Both the position numbers and the translations under genes were made by a program. A stretch of 61,857 bases of DNA, counting the filler. It is 7 parts of 7 records of this genome, joined end to end, with 100 filler letters (N's around TTAATTAATTAA, not from the genome) between each part and the next. Parts side by side here need not be neighbours in the genome. Positions count along the whole stretch, not along the records: positions 54,374 to 61,857 come from SRR31156797_27617; 6 more parts are not named here. The stretch is one strand, 5' to 3'. Positions 59,059-61,857 of the stretch are shown piece by piece (positions within the stretch are counted from its first letter, which is position 1; each line of letters starts with the position of its first letter). Below the pieces are notes generated by a model, which saw only the letters and a program-made list of their open reading frames with translations, was not told the origin of the DNA and ran no database searches.

Positions 59059-59331
59059 ATGATTAATATCGAAATGATTGTATCAGGAGTTGTTCAAGGA
59101 GTTGGATTCCGTTACTACACAGAGAGAACGGCTAATAAATATGGAATAAACGGTTATGTTAAAAATAGATATGATGGAACTGTATATATAGTTGCAAGTG
59201 GTGATAAGGAAAATATGGATAAATTTGTTGCTTGGGTTAAAATAGGACCCAGATCTGCAGCTGTCTCTAATGTGAAAATTAATGAACTTAATGAACCATT
59301 ACATTTTAGAGGATTTAGTGTTAAATATTAG
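59059..59331 (+). CDS. acyP: Acylphosphatase
   Basis: VSGVVQGVGFR, GYVKN..DGTV, GP..A.V. Confidence 0.95.
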   Translation: MINIEMIVSGVVQGVGFRYYTERTANKYGINGYVKNRYDGTVYIVASGDKENMDKFVAWVKIGPRSAAVSNVKINELNEPLHFRGFSVKY

Positions 59332-59503
59332 CTTATTTAGAGGTGATTAAAATGTGATGTTGTTTTTATACCTTTCTTAAATTAAGAAGCTTACTTGAAG
59401 TTTATTAAAAAAAAAAGTAATATTATAGTATTGGGATATTTTCATATTATTCGGATAATAATTTTATTTTCTCTTAGCATCAATTATTCAAGGAGGCGAT
59501 ACT

Positions 59504-60052
59504 ATGGTACAAGATTTTTATCAAAAGGCTATTAGATTTACAGGCGAAAAACATTTTAATCAAAAAATGCCAGGTTTTGAAGCGAATTATTTGGTACATT
59601 TATCCAATGTAGCTATGGAAATCCTTGTTGCTTATCAAAAGAAAAACAATTTCAATGTTGAATTAGCAGTCCAAGCGGCTATACTACACGACACTATCGA
59701 AGATACTGAAACTACTTTTGCAGAAGTCAAAGAAACCTTTGGGACACAAGTTGCAACAACAGTTTTAGCTCTAACAAAAGATAAAACACTAAAAACTAAA
59801 GAAGCGCAAATGAAAAATTCTCTAACACGTATCAATTCAACTTTTAAGGAAGCCGGGATAGTTAAACTAGCAGATAGAATAACTAATCTGCAAGATCCAC
59901 CTAAACATTGGTCAAAAGAAAAAATTGAAAGTTATAAAACTGAATCTCTACATATTCTTGACTCTTTACGGGGTAAAAATGAATATCTGGAAAACAGATT
60001 GAGTATGAAAATAAAGGATTATGATAAATATCTTAATGAACAAAATGAATAG
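59504..60052 (+). CDS. Stand-alone RelA/SpoT-type HD hydrolase (small alarmone hydrolase, Mesh1-like)
   Basis: YLVH, LHDTIEDT, LTKD, KLADRITNL. Confidence 0.85.
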   Translation: MVQDFYQKAIRFTGEKHFNQKMPGFEANYLVHLSNVAMEILVAYQKKNNFNVELAVQAAILHDTIEDTETTFAEVKETFGTQVATTVLALTKDKTLKTKEAQMKNSLTRINSTFKEAGIVKLADRITNLQDPPKHWSKEKIESYKTESLHILDSLRGKNEYLENRLSMKIKDYDKYLNEQNE

Positions 60053-60091
60053 TAATAATTAATACTAAAAATACACACACAAGGAGCACTT

Positions 60092-60721
60092 ATGTACAAA
60101 CACATAATTTGGGACTTTGACGGGACACTTTATGATTCATATCCACCTATGATAAACGCATTTATTGAAACCCTGAGTAACGAGGGGATTATTGAAACCA
60201 AAGAAAATATATCTAAACTTATGCGGATCTCTATGAAGCATTTACTTAATTATTGTAATAATAAATATACTTTACCTTCAGATTTTATCTCTAAATTTAA
60301 AATCATTAGAGAAAAACATGAAGATCAAATATTGAAACCTTTTGATGGGGGAATCGAACTTTGTAGAGAAATAACTAAAAATGGTAAAAAAAATTATATC
60401 TTTACCCATAGAGGAAATTCAACTATAAACTATCTTAAAAAATTTGATATCTACGATGAGTTTACTGAAATTATTACCGCAGATGATAATTTTGAACGAA
60501 AGCCTAGTCCTGAGGGAATTTTATACTTCATAAATAAGTATAAGATAAATAGAGAAGAGGCTATAATTATTGGAGATAGGGAACTTGATCTTTTATCAGG
60601 AAAAAATGCTGGAATAAGCTCATGTTATTTCAATGTTTTGGATACTAATAATTTGGAATCAGCTGACTATATGATTCATTCTTTAAAAGATTTATACTTT
60701 CTCATAATAGAAAAAACATAA
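60092..60721 (+). CDS. HAD-IA family hydrolase
   Basis: WDFDGTL, THR, RKP.P, IGDRELD. Confidence 0.9.
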   Translation: MYKHIIWDFDGTLYDSYPPMINAFIETLSNEGIIETKENISKLMRISMKHLLNYCNNKYTLPSDFISKFKIIREKHEDQILKPFDGGIELCREITKNGKKNYIFTHRGNSTINYLKKFDIYDEFTEIITADDNFERKPSPEGILYFINKYKINREEAIIIGDRELDLLSGKNAGISSCYFNVLDTNNLESADYMIHSLKDLYFLIIEKT

Positions 60722-60763
60722 AAAGATCTCTTGAAAATCAAGAGATCTTTTTATGTTTTTTCT
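60709..60763. terminator. Bidirectional terminator with 26-bp perfect stem
   Basis: AGAAAAAACATAAAAAGATCTCTTGA-AAA-TCAAGAGATCTTTTTATGTTTTTTCT. Confidence 0.85.
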
Positions 60764-60773
60764 GCTTTATAAT

Positions 60774-61805
60774 TTAATCCGCAAGGATAATGTATCTGTC
60801 TTTCCCCTGTTTTTTCGCTTTATACAACCTACTATCAGCTCTTTTGAAAATTGATAATATATTATCATCTGCTTTTATTCTAGTAATTCCGGCACTAATC
60901 GTTACAGACTGAGTTTCTCCAGCTCTGATAAACCTCACTTCATTAAAAAACTCCTCTATTTTACCCAAAAGTTCCCATTTAGGAGCGAAAACTATTACGC
61001 AAAATTCATCTCCTCCCCATCTGGAGATAAATGAATTGTTATTTAATACTTTTTTTGCTGTCATACCTAATTGCCGGATGATTTTATCACCCTCATTATG
61101 TCCAAATGTATCATTAATAGATTTAAAACAATCAATATCAAATAGGACTATCCATGTTTCTACTTCCAAATGTTTTCCTGTACTTAAAACTTCTTTTAAT
61201 TTTTCATCAAAAGCACGCCTGTTATTTACTTTCGTCAAAGGATCATGCATCGCCAAATATGTCAACTTTTCATTTGCTTCTTCCAATTTTTTCTTATCTT
61301 CAATATATGAATTGGCAAATTGCACCAGTATCCAGTAACCTGCTATTAAAGTTAAAGGTACTTGAAACAATCTGTCAAAATATTGACTCTCCAAAGAGTA
61401 ATCTCTAGCTATTCCCGGCATATAACGCTCCAAAAAGAACAAGAAAAACACTATAAAAATCAGAATTGTGACCAAAATATTTCTTTGTTTTTTAGGGAAT
61501 AAAAATGCTGTTGTAAGCATTAATAAAAATACATACGATATACTATTTGCTATTGCACCTCCGGCATCTATCCATCCAATTGGAATCAAGATCATTATTA
61601 CTCCAAGAAAATAAACAAATTTCAGGTTACTTTGTTTTTGAAAGATCAAAATAATTGAAGTAACAAAAGTAAAAATCCATTTCACATTAACAATAAAATC
61701 TAAACCTATAATTAGGTTTCCAATAATTGAAAGAAATGACAATGTCATTATTCCTTTTACTAATATTTTATATATTTTATTTTGCAGTTCAAATTTGTCG
61801 TTCAT
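60774..61805 (-). CDS. Membrane-bound diguanylate cyclase
   Basis: Multiple N-terminal TMs; DPLT..NRR, DID.FK.IND.FGH..GD, RWGGDEF. Confidence 0.92.
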   Translation of the reverse strand: MNDKFELQNKIYKILVKGIMTLSFLSIIGNLIIGLDFIVNVKWIFTFVTSIILIFQKQSNLKFVYFLGVIMILIPIGWIDAGGAIANSISYVFLLMLTTAFLFPKKQRNILVTILIFIVFFLFFLERYMPGIARDYSLESQYFDRLFQVPLTLIAGYWILVQFANSYIEDKKKLEEANEKLTYLAMHDPLTKVNNRRAFDEKLKEVLSTGKHLEVETWIVLFDIDCFKSINDTFGHNEGDKIIRQLGMTAKKVLNNNSFISRWGGDEFCVIVFAPKWELLGKIEEFFNEVRFIRAGETQSVTISAGITRIKADDNILSIFKRADSRLYKAKKQGKDRYIILAD

Positions 61806-61857
61806 TATTTCTCCCTATTTCGCTAAATATAATGATTGTCTAAATCTAAAGCGCATT

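Overview
This window is not one locus. It is seven unrelated contigs joined by six identical 100-nt linkers (44 N + TTAATTAATTAA + 44 N) at 6486-6585, 20674-20773, 30673-30772, 37584-37683, 47504-47603 and 54274-54373, so gene neighbourhood means nothing across the linkers. Taxonomic labels are impressions from gene content only. (A) 1-6485, FCB-group-like: two AT-rich envelope genes beside tRNA-Asp, then tandem long-chain acyl-CoA ligases. (B) 6586-20673, Desulfobulbales-like: FadR/GntR-putA, a divergent LIV-type ABC operon, a receiver domain-pyruvate kinase fusion and small lipoproteins. (C) 20774-30672, Desulfovibrionaceae-like: argG, argF, ybeY, phoH, a receiver, a THUMP methyltransferase, putP, a pentapeptide protein and tRNA-Leu. 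(D) 30773-37583: PEP-CTERM/EPS-type genes (TIGR03790-like, PilZ, PrsT-like TPR, WecA/MraY). (E) 37684-47503, Arcobacteraceae-like: MCP, fliP, mrdA, mreD-like, FlhB-like, FliK-like, fliW, arsC, recD2. (F) 47604-54273, low-GC deltaproteobacteria-like: asd, a CFI-box/beta-barrel fusion, a tandem GILT-like lipoprotein, slyD, FHA. (G) 54374-61857, low-GC: sanA, serine hydrolase, HADs, pentapeptide, acyP, alarmone hydrolase, GGDEF. The best novelty candidate is an apparent tandem array of integrase-less single-gene cassettes at the tRNA-Asp 3' end, with both visible junctions carrying a codon-conserved orphan peptide tail and the complete one also a degenerate tRNA 3' copy. Next are the phosphorylatable REC-pyruvate kinase and a predicted two-product polyprotein with an internal signal peptide.
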